A stretch of DNA of 24,000 nucleotides from Escherichia coli (GCF_964049315.1 NZ_OZ040208.1); one strand, 5' to 3'. Counted from the stretch's first letter, positions 1 to 10,383 are shown. The notes: generated from the sequence alone by a model not told the origin. Numbers and translations are program-made.

Positions 1-241
1 ACTGATTCAAGGCTTTAATGCCGACGAAACTTCTGTGAAAGCCATTACCGATTTTGCCGCCGACGAGCTGCACGTTAGCGAAATTCATTTCCTGCCCTAC
101 CACACGCTGGGCATCAACAAATATCACTTACTTAATCTGCCCTATGACGCCCCGGAAAAACCGCTTGATGCGCCAGAACTGCTCGACTTTGCCCAGCAGT
201 ATGCCTGCCAGAAAGGGTTAACCGCGACCTTACGAGGATAA
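1..241 (+). CDS. ybiY: Putative glycyl-radical enzyme activating protein (radical SAM), C-terminal fragment truncated by the window start
   Basis: Frame 2 is open from base 2 to the stop at 241. The C-terminal sequence (...[18 protein letters not shown]...) is typical of PFL-activase-like proteins, and it lies immediately upstream of the glycyl radical enzyme ybiW. Confidence 0.88.
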   Translation, partial: LIQGFNADETSVKAITDFAADELHVSEIHFLPYHTLGINKYHLLNLPYDAPEKPLDAPELLDFAQQYACQKGLTATLRG

Positions 242-246
242 CAACC

Positions 247-2679
247 ATGACCACACTGAAACTGGACACGCTCAGCGATCGCATTAAAGCGCACAAAAAT
301 GCGCTGGTGCATATTGTGAAACCGCCGGTCTGTACCGAGCGCGCGCAGCACTATACCGAGATGTATCAACAACATCTCGATAAGCCGATCCCGGTACGTC
401 GCGCGCTGGCACTGGCGCATCACCTGGCGAATCGCACCATCTGGATCAAGCACGATGAGTTGATCATTGGCAACCAGGCAAGCAAAGTTCGCGCCGCGCC
501 GATCTTCCCGGAATATACCGTCTCCTGGATCGAAAAAGAGATTGATGATCTGGCAGATCGTCCCGGTGCTGGTTTTGCGGTGAGCGAAGAGAACAAACGC
601 GTTCTGCATGAAGTGTGCCCGTGGTGGCGCGGTCAGACCGTACAGGATCGCTGCTACGGCATGTTTACCGATGAGCAAAAAGGTCTGCTGGCGACCGGCA
701 TCATTAAAGCGGAGGGCAATATGACCTCCGGCGATGCGCACCTGGCGGTCAATTTCCCGCTACTGCTGGAAAAAGGTCTTGATGGTCTGCGTGAGAAAGT
801 GGCGGAACGTCGCTCGCGCATCAATCTGACGGTTCTGGAAGATCTGCACGGCGAGCAATTCCTGAAAGCGATTGATATCGTGCTGGTGGCAGTCAGTGAA
901 CACATTGAACGTTTCGCTGCCCTGGCGCGTGAAATGGCCGCGACCGAAACCCGCGAAAGCCGTCGCGATGAACTGCTGACGATAGCAGAAAACTGCGATC
1001 TTATCGCCCACCAGCCGCCGCAGACTTTCTGGCAGGCGCTGCAACTGTGTTACTTCATCCAGTTGATTTTGCAGATCGAATCTAACGGTCACTCGGTATC
1101 GTTTGGTCGTATGGACCAGTATCTCTATCCATACTATCGCCGTGACGTTGAACTGAACCAGACACTGGATCGCGAACACGCCATCGAGATGCTACATAGC
1201 TGCTGGTTGAAATTGCTGGAAGTGAACAAAATCCGCTCCGGCTCACACTCAAAAGCCTCTGCGGGAAGTCCGCTGTATCAGAACGTCACTATTGGCGGGC
1301 AAAATCTGGTTGATGGTCAACCGATGGACGCGGTAAATCCACTCTCTTATGCGATCCTCGAATCTTGCGGTCGCCTGCGTTCGACTCAGCCTAACCTCAG
1401 CGTGCGTTACCATGCGGGTATGAGTAACGATTTCCTCGACGCCTGTGTTCAGGTGATCCGCTGCGGCTTCGGGATGCCGGCGTTCAACAACGACGAAATC
1501 GTCATCCCGGAATTTATTAAACTCGGTATTGAACCGCAGGACGCTTACGACTATGCAGCGATTGGTTGTATCGAAACCGCCGTCGGTGGCAAATGGGGCT
1601 ATCGCTGTACCGGCATGAGCTTTATCAACTTCGCCCGCGTGATGCTGGCGGCGCTGGAAGGCGGTCGTGATGCCACCAGCGGCAAAGTGTTCCTGCCACA
1701 AGAAAAAGCGTTGTCAGCGGGTAACTTCAACAACTTCGATGAAGTAATGGACGCATGGGATACGCAAATCCGTTACTACACGCGTAAATCAATCGAAATC
1801 GAATATGTCGTCGACACCATGCTGGAAGAGAACGTACACGATATTCTCTGCTCGGCGCTGGTCGATGACTGTATTGAGCGAGCGAAAAGTATCAAGCAAG
1901 GCGGCGCGAAATATGACTGGGTTTCTGGCCTGCAGGTCGGCATTGCTAACCTCGGCAACAGCCTGGCGGCAGTGAAGAAACTGGTATTTGAACAGGGCGC
2001 GATTGGTCAGCAACAGCTGGCTGCCGCACTGGCGGATGACTTCGACGGTCTGACTCACGAGCAGCTGCGTCAGCGGCTGATTAACGGTGCGCCGAAGTAC
2101 GGCAACGACGATGATACTGTCGATACGCTGCTGGCTCGCGCTTATCAGACCTATATCGACGAACTAAAACAGTACCATAACCCGCGCTATGGTCGTGGTC
2201 CGGTTGGCGGCAATTATTACGCGGGTACGTCATCTATCTCCGCTAACGTACCCTTTGGCGCGCAGACGATGGCAACGCCGGACGGACGTAAAGCGCATAC
2301 CCCGCTGGCAGAAGGCGCTAGTCCGGCCTCTGGTACTGACCATCTCGGCCCTACTGCGGTCATTGGCTCAGTGGGTAAACTGCCTACGGCCGCGATTCTC
2401 GGCGGCGTGCTGCTCAACCAGAAACTGAATCCAGCAACGCTGGAGAACGAATCTGACAAGCAGAAACTGATGATCCTGCTGCGCACCTTCTTCGAGGTGC
2501 ATAAAGGCTGGCATATTCAGTACAACATCGTTTCCCGCGAAACGCTGCTGGAAGCGAAAAAACATCCGGATCAGTACCGCGATCTGGTAGTGCGTGTCGC
2601 GGGCTATTCCGCCTTCTTCACCGCGCTCTCTCCAGACGCTCAGGACGATATCATCGCCCGTACTGAACATATGCTGTAA
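247..2679 (+). CDS. ybiW: Pyruvate formate-lyase-like / glycyl radical enzyme family protein, 810 aa
   Basis: Long ORF starting 5 bp after the ybiY stop with an upstream AGGA. Contains GCIETAVGG (candidate active-site Cys loop) and C-terminal [12 protein letters not shown] (glycyl radical loop). Confidence 0.95.
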   Translation: MTTLKLDTLSDRIKAHKNALVHIVKPPVCTERAQHYTEMYQQHLDKPIPVRRALALAHHLANRTIWIKHDELIIGNQASKVRAAPIFPEYTVSWIEKEIDDLADRPGAGFAVSEENKRVLHEVCPWWRGQTVQDRCYGMFTDEQKGLLATGIIKAEGNMTSGDAHLAVNFPLLLEKGLDGLREKVAERRSRINLTVLEDLHGEQFLKAIDIVLVAVSEHIERFAALAREMAATETRESRRDELLTIAENCDLIAHQPPQTFWQALQLCYFIQLILQIESNGHSVSFGRMDQYLYPYYRRDVELNQTLDREHAIEMLHSCWLKLLEVNKIRSGSHSKASAGSPLYQNVTIGGQNLVDGQPMDAVNPLSYAILESCGRLRSTQPNLSVRYHAGMSNDFLDACVQVIRCGFGMPAFNNDEIVIPEFIKLGIEPQDAYDYAAIGCIETAVGGKWGYRCTGMSFINFARVMLAALEGGRDATSGKVFLPQEKALSAGNFNNFDEVMDAWDTQIRYYTRKSIEIEYVVDTMLEENVHDILCSALVDDCIERAKSIKQGGAKYDWVSGLQVGIANLGNSLAAVKKLVFEQGAIGQQQLAAALADDFDGLTHEQLRQRLINGAPKYGNDDDTVDTLLARAYQTYIDELKQYHNPRYGRGPVGGNYYAGTSSISANVPFGAQTMATPDGRKAHTPLAEGASPASGTDHLGPTAVIGSVGKLPTAAILGGVLLNQKLNPATLENESDKQKLMILLRTFFEVHKGWHIQYNIVSRETLLEAKKHPDQYRDLVVRVAGYSAFFTALSPDAQDDIIARTEHML

Positions 2680-2687
2680 TCTCCTCA

Positions 2688-2710
2688 GCCCGGCGGCGTC
2701 GTCGCCGGGC
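2688..2710 (+). terminator. GC-rich stem-loop after ybiW (gcccggcg/cgccgggc), candidate terminator or 3' end stabiliser
   Basis: 8-bp perfect stem with a 7-nt loop, 8 bp after the ybiW stop. No good T tract follows. Confidence 0.5.
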
Positions 2711-2824
2711 CAAATCATTCACATCATCAATTCCGCTCTCACTTTCATTCGAAATATAATTTGTGCTCTGCGTCACATTGTTATTACACTGTTACGGTTT
2801 CATTTTCGAGCCAGGAGCACACCT

Positions 2825-3640
2825 ATGAGCGTAAAAGTTATCGTCACAGACATGGACGGTACTTTTCTTAACGACGCCAAAACGTACAACCAACCACGTT
2901 TTATGGCGCAATATCAGGAACTGAAAAAGCGCGGCATTGAGTTCGTTGTCGCCAGCGGTAATCAGTATTACCAGCTTATTTCGTTCTTTCCTGAGCTAAA
3001 GGATGAGATCTCTTTTGTCGCGGAAAACGGCGCACTGGTTTACGAACATGGCAAGCAGTTGTTCCACGGCGAACTGACCCGACATGAATCGCGGATTGTT
3101 ATTGGCGAGTTGCTAAAAGATAAGCAACTCAATTTTGTCGCCTGCGGTCTGCAAAGTGCATATGTCAGCGAAAATGCCCCCGAAGCATTCGTCGCACTGA
3201 TGGCAAAACACTACCATCGCCTGAAACCTGTAAAAGATTATCAGGAGATTGACGACGTACTGTTCAAGTTTTCGCTCAACCTGCCGGATGAACAAATCCC
3301 GTTAGTGATCGACAAACTGCACATAGCGCTGGATGGCATTATGAAACCCGTCACCAGTGGTTTTGGCTTTATCGACTTGATTATTCCCGGTCTACATAAA
3401 GCAAACGGTATTTCGCGGTTACTGAAACGCTGGGATCTGTCACCGCAAAATGTGGTAGCGATTGGCGACAGCGGTAACGATGCGGAGATGCTGAAAATGG
3501 CGCGTTATTCCTTTGCGATGAGCAATGCTGCGGAAAACATTAAACAAATCGCCCGTTACGCTACCGATGATAATAATCATGAAGGCGCGCTGAATGTGAT
3601 TCAGGCGGTGCTGGAAAATAAACCGCCGTTTAATCTTTGA
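2825..3640 (+). CDS. ybiV: HAD-superfamily (Cof-like) sugar phosphatase, 271 aa
   Basis: ORF restarted at the ATG in 'agcacacctatgagc' ([17 protein letters not shown]). HAD motifs are DMDGTF and [10 protein letters not shown]. The ORF-track start at 2594 overlaps ybiW and is not favoured. Confidence 0.95.
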   Translation: MSVKVIVTDMDGTFLNDAKTYNQPRFMAQYQELKKRGIEFVVASGNQYYQLISFFPELKDEISFVAENGALVYEHGKQLFHGELTRHESRIVIGELLKDKQLNFVACGLQSAYVSENAPEAFVALMAKHYHRLKPVKDYQEIDDVLFKFSLNLPDEQIPLVIDKLHIALDGIMKPVTSGFGFIDLIIPGLHKANGISRLLKRWDLSPQNVVAIGDSGNDAEMLKMARYSFAMSNAAENIKQIARYATDDNNHEGALNVIQAVLENKPPFNL

Positions 3641-3680
3641 TTATCACCAATTCAGTTTATTGAGAAAGTGCATGTCATTA

Positions 3681-3714
3681 TACCGGATACGGCGTGACCG
3701 CCTTATTTGGCATA
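3681..3714. repeat. REP-like palindromic element (taccggatacggcgtgaccgccttatttggcata)
   Basis: Close to the enterobacterial REP consensus (GCCGGATGCGGCGTGAACGCCTTATCCGGCCTAC) with several substitutions. Confidence 0.75.
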
Positions 3715-3751
3715 CAAAATCATGAAAATTCAATATATTGCGATACACTAC

Positions 3752-3780
3752 CAGGCCTGATAAGCGTAGCGCACCAGGCA
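3752..3780. repeat. REP element, opposite orientation (reverse complement tgcctggtgcgctacgcttatcaggcctg)
   Basis: Near-match to the REP variant TGCCTGATGCGCTACGCTTATCAGGCCTAC. Forms a BIME-like pair with 3681-3714. Confidence 0.85.
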
Positions 3781-3802
3781 ATCTTGCGTTTGTCATCAGT
3801 TT

Positions 3803-3831
3803 CAGTAGCCCTGACCATATCAGGGCTACTG
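3803..3831 (-). terminator. Stem-loop (cagtagccctga/tcagggctactg) 3' of ybiT
   Basis: Perfect 12-bp inverted repeat with a 5-nt loop, 9 bp beyond the 3' end of ybiT. The T tract on the minus strand is weak. Confidence 0.55.
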
Positions 3832-3839
3832 ATAATAAC

Positions 3840-5432
3840 TTACTCGATCCCTTTACTACGCAGGTAATCTTCGTAATTACCGCTAAAGTCGATCACGCGT
3901 TCCGGGGTGATTTCCAGAATACGGGTCGCCAGGGAGCTTACAAACTCACGGTCGTGAGAAACAAAGATCAGCGTGCCCTGATACAGTTCCAGCGCCATGT
4001 TCAGCGACTCAATGGATTCCATATCCAGGTGGTTGGTCGGTTCGTCCATGATCAGAATGTTCGGCTTCTGCATCATTAACTTACCAAACAGCATCCGCCC
4101 TTTTTCCCCACCGGAAAGCACTTTAGCTGGCTTTTTGATGTCGTCCTGGCTGAACAGCAAACGACCGAGAATACTGCGCACCGCCTGCTCGTCATCGCCT
4201 TCCTGCTTCCACTGACTCATCCATTCGAACACGGTCAGATCATTTTCAAACTCATATTCGTGGTCCTGAGCGTAGTAACCAATGCGCGCGTTTTCAGACC
4301 ATTTTACGGTGCCGCTGTCCGGTTGCAGATCGCCCACCAGCGTTTTCAGCAGCGTTGATTTACCGACGCCGTTGGTACCCAATACCGCCAGTTTTTCACC
4401 CACTTCCAGCAGCAGGTTGAGATTTTTAAACAGTGGACCGTTATCAAACCCTTTAGTCAGACCTTCCACTTCCAGCGCGTTACGGAACAGTTTCTTATCC
4501 TGTTCAAAACGGATGAACGGGTTCTGACGGCTGGAGGCTTTCACCTCTTCCAGTTTGATTTTATCAATCTGGCGCGCGCGCGAAGTTGCCTGGCGAGATT
4601 TCGAGGCGTTGGCGCTAAAGCGGCTAACGAAAGATTGCAACTCAGCAATCTGCGCTTTCTTCTTGGCGTTATCAGCCAGCAGACGTTCACGCGCCTGAGT
4701 CGCCGCCGTCATGTACTCATCGTAGTTGCCCGGATAAACGCGCAGCTCGCCGTAATCCAGATCCGCCATGTGGGTACAAACCATGTTAAGGAAGTGACGG
4801 TCGTGCGAGATGATGATCATGGTGCTGTCACGCTCGTTCAGCACCTGTTCCAGCCAGCGAATGGTGTCGATATCGAGGTTGTTGGTCGGTTCGTCGAGCA
4901 GGAGAATGTCTGGATCAGCAAACAGCGCCTGAGCCAGCAGCACACGCAGCTTCCAGCCAGGAGCAACTTCACTCATCGGGCCGTAGTGCTGTTCCACTGG
5001 AATTCCCACGCCAAGCAACAGTTCACCAGCGCGAGCTTCCGCAGAGTAACCGTCCATTTCGCCGTATTTCACTTCCAGATCGGCCACTTTATAGCCGTCT
5101 TCTTCACTCATTTCCGGCAAAGCATAGATGCGGTCACGCTCCTGCTTCACTTCCCACAACTCTTTATGCCCCATGATCACCGTATCCAGCACAGTGAACT
5201 CTTCAAAGGCAAACTGATCCTGACGCAGCTTACCAATGCGCTCGTTGGGATCGAGGGAAACGTTACCCAACGTCGGCTCTAAGTCGCCGCCGAGGATCTT
5301 CATAAAGGTGGATTTACCACTACCGTTCGCGCCAATCAGGCCGTAACGGTTGCCGCCGCCGAATTTGACGGAAATGTTTTCAAACAACGGCTTACTGCCG
5401 AACTGCATGGTGACGTTACTGGAAACTAACAC
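3840..5432 (-). CDS. ybiT: ABC-F family ATP-binding protein, 530 aa
   Basis: Two ABC domains: GANGSGKST and GTNGVGKST Walker [10 protein letters not shown] signature, and [16 protein letters not shown] Walker B. No transmembrane region. Confidence 0.96.
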
Positions 5433-5650
5433 AGGCGTATCCTGAAAAGAGATATGACAAACCGCGCATTATGCCATAAGTCTGAAAGAAGATCCTGCTC
5501 CTCGCTTAAGGTCTACACTCAAGCCAAAGGCAAAAAATGTGATTTCGTACACATCTGATTTCACTGTGAGCTGGAATGAACTTATAATGCGCTTCCAGTA
5601 CTCTAATATTCTCAACCCAATGGCCTGCCAGGCACAAAATCTCGCTTAAC

Positions 5651-6571
5651 ATGAATATGAAATTGAAAACATTATTCGCAGCGGCCTTCGCTGTTGTCGG
5701 CTTTTGCAGTACCGCCTCTGCGGTAACTTATCCTCTGCCAACCGACGGGAGTCGCCTGGTTGGTCAGAATCAGGTGATCACCATTCCTGAAGGTAACACT
5801 CAGCCGCTGGAGTATTTTGCCGCCGAGTACCAGATGGGACTTTCCAATATGATGGAAGCGAACCCGGGTGTGGATACCTTCCTGCCGAAAGGCGGTACTG
5901 TACTGAACATTCCGCAGCAGCTGATCCTGCCGGATACCGTTCATGAAGGCATCGTCATTAACAGTGCAGAGATGCGTCTGTATTACTATCCGAAAGGGAC
6001 CAACACCGTTATCGTGCTGCCGATCGGCATTGGTCAGTTAGGCAAAGACACGCCTATCAACTGGACCACCAAAGTTGAGCGTAAAAAAGCAGGCCCGACC
6101 TGGACGCCGACCGCTAAAATGCACGCAGAGTACCGCGCTGCGGGCGAACCGCTTCCGGCGGTCGTTCCGGCTGGTCCGGATAACCCGATGGGGCTGTATG
6201 CACTCTACATCGGTCGCCTGTACGCTATCCATGGCACCAACGCCAACTTCGGTATCGGCCTGCGTGTAAGTCATGGTTGTGTGCGTCTGCGTAACGAAGA
6301 CATCAAATTCCTGTTCGAGAAAGTACCGGTCGGTACCCGCGTACAGTTTATTGATGAGCCGGTAAAAGCGACCACCGAGCCAGACGGCAGCCGTTATATT
6401 GAAGTCCATAACCCGCTGTCTACCACCGAAGCCCAGTTTGAAGGTCAGGAAATTGTGCCAATTACCCTGACGAAGAGCGTGCAGACAGTGACCGGTCAGC
6501 CAGATGTTGACCAGGTTGTTCTGGATGAAGCGATCAAAAATCGTTCCGGGATGCCGGTTCGTCTGAATTAA
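5651..6571 (+). CDS. ldtB: L,D-transpeptidase linking Lpp to peptidoglycan, 306 aa
   Basis: Signal peptide, LysM-like region, and YkuD catalytic motif [26 protein letters not shown]. Corresponds to ybiS. Confidence 0.95.
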
Positions 6572-6590
6572 TCTTCAAAACGTAAAGCAA

Positions 6591-6616
6591 AGGCGGACTC
6601 ATAATCCGCCTTTTTA
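6591..6616. terminator. Rho-independent terminator between ldtB and the convergent ybiR
   Basis: aggcgga-ctcataa-tccgcct stem followed by ttttt on the + strand. Confidence 0.85.
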
Positions 6617-6628
6617 ATTTGACAGACC

Positions 6629-7747
6629 TTATCCCGCCGGGATCATAACCAACAAAACATATCCCACCAGCGCCGCCCACAACAGCATCGGTATCGAATA
6701 AAGATGAAAACGCCACCAGATACGGCGATCGTTCGCCATCCGTAACGCAATCAAATTTGCCAGCGATCCGGGTAATAAACCAAAGCCACCTACGTTTACC
6801 GCCCATGCCAGTAATAAAGACGGTGGCACATAATTGAGCAGCAAAATGGTACTCGGCACGTTACTGATCACCTGCGATAAACCGATCGCCGTTAACCATA
6901 ATCCGGGTTCGGATAAATGACTCACGTTACTTAACACCCCCTGCAAAACTGGCAGTTGGGTTAGTAAATGGACGTCGATAAACATCGCCATAAACACCAG
7001 CAGCAGCGTCCAGTCCACACTGAGCACCACGTGACGCGCCAGCAGCGCAAAGCCCGCCGCCACAATCACCAGTCCCCACAGCTCTTGTTTTAACTCCAGC
7101 GCCGTCAGAAAGACGATATACAGCCCCAGACAACTCCACACCAGCCGCGGTTTCCACTCCGGCGTTTGCCCTCCCGTATGGTACTGCAGCGCCTTTCCAG
7201 GGAAACAACACCAGCACAACAGCAGGAGTGTCAGCATCATTGCGCCAGCCAGCGGTGCCATTTGGGCAATAAATCCGGCAAACGAAAGACCAGAACGTCC
7301 CCAGATAAGAATATTTTGCGGGTTGCCAATTGGCGTCAGTAGCGAACCAGCGTTGACTGCCAGCGCCTCAAAAATAATCAGCCGATTAACCGGGATCTCA
7401 CACAGCCTTTTTAGCGTGATAGTCAGCGGAACAACTATAAACAGTGCGACATCGTTGGTCAGAAAGGTAGAAAGCAGCGCCGCCGCCAGTACCATAAACA
7501 TCGCCAGCCGACGCTCCGTAGCAAAACGGCGCACCATTTTGCGCCCCAGCACATCAAAATAACCGCTTAACTCGACACCTTTGGTCAGCAGCATCAGGCC
7601 GCTTAAGGTGATGATGGTGTGCCAGTCGATAGCAGCAGGCCAGGATTTCGGTGCAAAGGAAACGAAAAAACTTAATCCGATGCCAACAAGAATTAATAAC
7701 TGAAAAAAACGATCGCCTTGCAGCGTGCGTAAAAAAGGCAGGCTCAT
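6629..7747 (-). CDS. ybiR: Putative ArsB/NhaD-type anion permease, 372 aa
   Basis: Highly hydrophobic multi-TM ORF with [15 protein letters not shown] and [14 protein letters not shown] motifs. Follows mntR on the minus strand. Confidence 0.93.
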
Positions 7748-8211
7748 TTGGCACCGTGTTTCTGGGTAAACAAACGAAAGGCATCCAGCGTCTCTTCACT
7801 AACATGGTGCTCCATACCTTCCGCGTCGCGACGGGCGATTTCCGGACTGACGCCCAACACCAACAAGAAATTTTCGACTATCTGATGTCGCTCGCGGCTT
7901 TCCTGCGCCAGCTTCTCTCCTTCTGCCGTTAAAAACACGCCACGCCAGGGGATCATTTCAATCAGCCCCATGGTTGCCAGTCGCTTAAGCATTTTAGCCA
8001 CCGTCGGTTGCGAAACCCCCAGACGAGCAGCCATGTCTACCTGACGAGCTTCCCCCACTTCCCTGATCAAGTCAGAAATCAGCTCAACATAATCATCAAT
8101 AAGCTCGCGCCGATGCGCCTCTCTGACCTGGCGGAACCCTTCAACGTGCTCTTCCACGTTCACTAACTGCGTCACTTTTTTTGCTGTTGGCGTACCTGCG
8201 CGACGACTCAT
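7744..8211 (-). CDS. mntR: Manganese-responsive DtxR-family transcriptional regulator, 155 aa
   Basis: DtxR/MntR-like winged helix ([23 protein letters not shown]) and metal-binding residues. Overlaps the ybiR start by 4 bp. Confidence 0.95.
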
Positions 8212-8316
8212 TGTGCTTCCTCATTATGGTGACGCATACATAGCGTTCTCATTTCGTGCGCACATTGTAAACCAGAGTTGCGAAGGTACAAAAAATTAAC
8301 GTTTTAGCAATAGCTA

Positions 8317-8322
8317 TATAAT
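8317..8322 (+). promoter_or_regulatory. Candidate sigma70 -10 hexamer (tataat) of the mntS promoter
   Basis: Perfect TATAAT upstream of mntS. No strong -35 is apparent. Confidence 0.5.
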
Positions 8323-8338
8323 ATAGCCTGTGCTATAT
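8321..8338. promoter_or_regulatory. Perfect dyad atatagc-ctgt-gctatat, candidate MntR operator
   Basis: 7-bp arms with a 4-nt spacer overlapping and downstream of the -10. Resembles MntR boxes of the AACATAGC...GCTATGTT type. Located upstream of the Mn-repressed gene mntS. Confidence 0.65.
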
Positions 8339-8396
8339 CTGTATGTAATGCAATCATCCCTCAAGGATCGATGGGATTAGCAAGTCAGGAGGTCTT

Positions 8397-8525
8397 ATGA
8401 ATGAGTTCAAGAGGTGTATGCGCGTGTTTAGTCATTCTCCCTTTAAAGTACGGTTAATGCTGCTCTCTATGTTGTGCGATATGGTCAACAACAAACCGCA
8501 GCAGGATAAACCTTCCGATAAATAG
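8397..8525 (+). CDS. mntS: Small protein MntS, 42 aa (MNEFKRCMRVFSHSPFKVRLMLLSMLCDMVNNKPQQDKPSDK)
   Basis: ATG preceded by 'caggagg'. The translated sequence matches MntS as I recall it (locus formerly annotated as sRNA rybA). Divergent from mntR. Confidence 0.93.
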   Translation: MNEFKRCMRVFSHSPFKVRLMLLSMLCDMVNNKPQQDKPSDK

Positions 8526-8796
8526 CGGCGTCGCGGTACGCCGCTTCACTCCTGCTTTTATGCAGGCACAACGCGTTTTGGTCTGAAAAACCCCACTTTT
8601 TGTCGGATTTGCAATCCCCTTCGCAAAAGATTTGTTCGTCGGTAGTTGACCTGAACAGCAGCTCGCTCTATCTTCTTGCAGCCCTGCGTATATTGCGGCT
8701 CGCGGATGCGGACCCCTTTCCCCTCTTCACGCACTCTTGCAGGTATTGACCCTTGACGCCAGGGTAAGCACATGGCGTTTGTTACGATAGTGGCAT

Positions 8797-10380
8797 ATGA
8801 ATTTAACCCTCAAAGAATCGCTTGTTACCCGTAGCCGGGTATTTAGCCCGTGGACTGCGTTCTACTTTTTACAGTCGCTATTAATTAACCTCGGCTTAGG
8901 TTACCCCTTCAGTTTGCTCTACACCGCTGCGTTTACGGCTATTTTGCTTTTGCTATGGCGAACATTGCCTCGCGTACAAAAAGTTCTGGTCGGTATCAGT
9001 TCGCTGGTGGCGGCTTGTTATTTCCCTTTTGCTCAGGCCTACGGCGCGCCTAACTTCAATACATTGCTGGCATTGCACTCCACCAATATGGAAGAGTCGA
9101 CCGAAATCCTGACGATTTTTCCGTGGTACAGCTACCTGGTCGGCATATTTATTTTTGCGCTCGGCGTAATAGCAATCAGGCGAAAAAAAGAGAGTGAAAA
9201 AGCGCGCTGGAATACCTTCGACAGCCTGTGCCTGGTATTCAGTGTGGCGACATTTTTTGTTGCTCCCGTGCAAAACCTGGCCTGGGGCGGCGTATTTAAA
9301 CTGAAAGATACTGGCTATCCGGTATTTCGTTTTGCTAAGGATGTCATCGTCAATAATAACGAGGTGATTGAAGAGCAAGAACGGATGGCAAAACTTTCCG
9401 GAATGAAAGATACCTGGACGGTCACTGCCGTTAAGCCGAAGTATCAGACCTATGTGGTGGTGATCGGAGAAAGCGCGCGTCGCGATGCCCTCGGTGCCTT
9501 TGGCGGTCACTGGGACAATACCCCATTTGCCAGCAGCGTTAACGGTTTGATATTTGCTGACTACATTGCCGCCAGTGGCTCCACGCAGAAATCGCTTGGC
9601 TTAACGCTCAATCGCGTTGTCGATGGCAAACCACAGTTTCAGGATAACTTTGTCACCCTGGCAAATCGCGCGGGCTTCCAGACCTGGTGGTTTTCCAACC
9701 AGGGCCAAATCGGCGAATACGATACCGCCATCGCCAGCATCGCCAAACGAGCAGATGAAGTGTACTTCCTGAAAGAAGGTAATTTTGAAGCAGATAAAAA
9801 CACGAAAGACGAAGCGTTACTGGATATGACCGCTCAAGTGCTGGCGCAAGAGCACTCGCAACCGCAGCTGATTGTTCTACATCTGATGGGCTCGCATCCG
9901 CAGGCCTGCGACCGGACACAAGGCAAATACGAAACCTTTGTGCAATCGAAAGAAACGTCGTGCTATCTCTATACCATGACGCAAACAGACGATTTACTGC
10001 GCAAGCTGTACGATCAGTTACGCAACAGCGGCAGCAGCTTCTCGCTGGTTTACTTTTCTGACCACGGTCTGGCCTTTAAAGAGCGCGGCAAAGACGTGCA
10101 ATACCTTGCTCATGATGATAAGTATCAGCAAAATTTCCAGGTGCCTTTTATGGTCATTTCCAGCGACGATAAAGCGCATCGGGTGATTAAAGCCCGCCGC
10201 TCGGCCAATGACTTCTTAGGCTTTTTCTCGCAGTGGACGGGAATTAAAGCGAAGGAAATAAATATCAAATACCCGTTTATATCTGAGAAGAAAGCCGGGC
10301 CGATATACATCACCAACTTCCAGTTACAGAAGGTGGATTACAACCATCTCGGAACCGATATTTTCGACCCGAAACCTTAA
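8797..10380 (+). CDS. opgE: Phosphoethanolamine transferase family inner-membrane protein, 527 aa
   Basis: N-terminal TM helices and sulfatase/EptA-like domain (VVVIGESARRDALGAFGG, YFSDHGLAFKERG). Formerly ybiP. Confidence 0.93.
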   Translation: MNLTLKESLVTRSRVFSPWTAFYFLQSLLINLGLGYPFSLLYTAAFTAILLLLWRTLPRVQKVLVGISSLVAACYFPFAQAYGAPNFNTLLALHSTNMEESTEILTIFPWYSYLVGIFIFALGVIAIRRKKESEKARWNTFDSLCLVFSVATFFVAPVQNLAWGGVFKLKDTGYPVFRFAKDVIVNNNEVIEEQERMAKLSGMKDTWTVTAVKPKYQTYVVVIGESARRDALGAFGGHWDNTPFASSVNGLIFADYIAASGSTQKSLGLTLNRVVDGKPQFQDNFVTLANRAGFQTWWFSNQGQIGEYDTAIASIAKRADEVYFLKEGNFEADKNTKDEALLDMTAQVLAQEHSQPQLIVLHLMGSHPQACDRTQGKYETFVQSKETSCYLYTMTQTDDLLRKLYDQLRNSGSSFSLVYFSDHGLAFKERGKDVQYLAHDDKYQQNFQVPFMVISSDDKAHRVIKARRSANDFLGFFSQWTGIKAKEINIKYPFISEKKAGPIYITNFQLQKVDYNHLGTDIFDPKP

Positions 10381-10383
10381 AAC

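Noticed and set aside
142-741. 199-aa ORF on - antisense to ybiY/ybiW
   Set aside because: Antisense shadow of conserved coding sequence with low-complexity arginine/serine-rich composition. No supporting signals.
2594-2824. Extended N-terminus of ybiV in the ORF track
   Set aside because: Overlaps the ybiW 3' end and its terminator-like hairpin. The HAD domain starts right after the ATG at 2825, which has a plausible upstream RBS.
4635-5282. 215-aa ORF on + antisense to ybiT
   Set aside because: Shadow ORF in the complementary frame of a strongly coding gene (ybiT). No RBS or recognisable domain.
8558-8773. 71-aa minus-strand ORF between mntS and opgE
   Set aside because: No RBS or recognisable motifs, basic composition typical of random frames. 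Kept only as part of the non-coding region finding.
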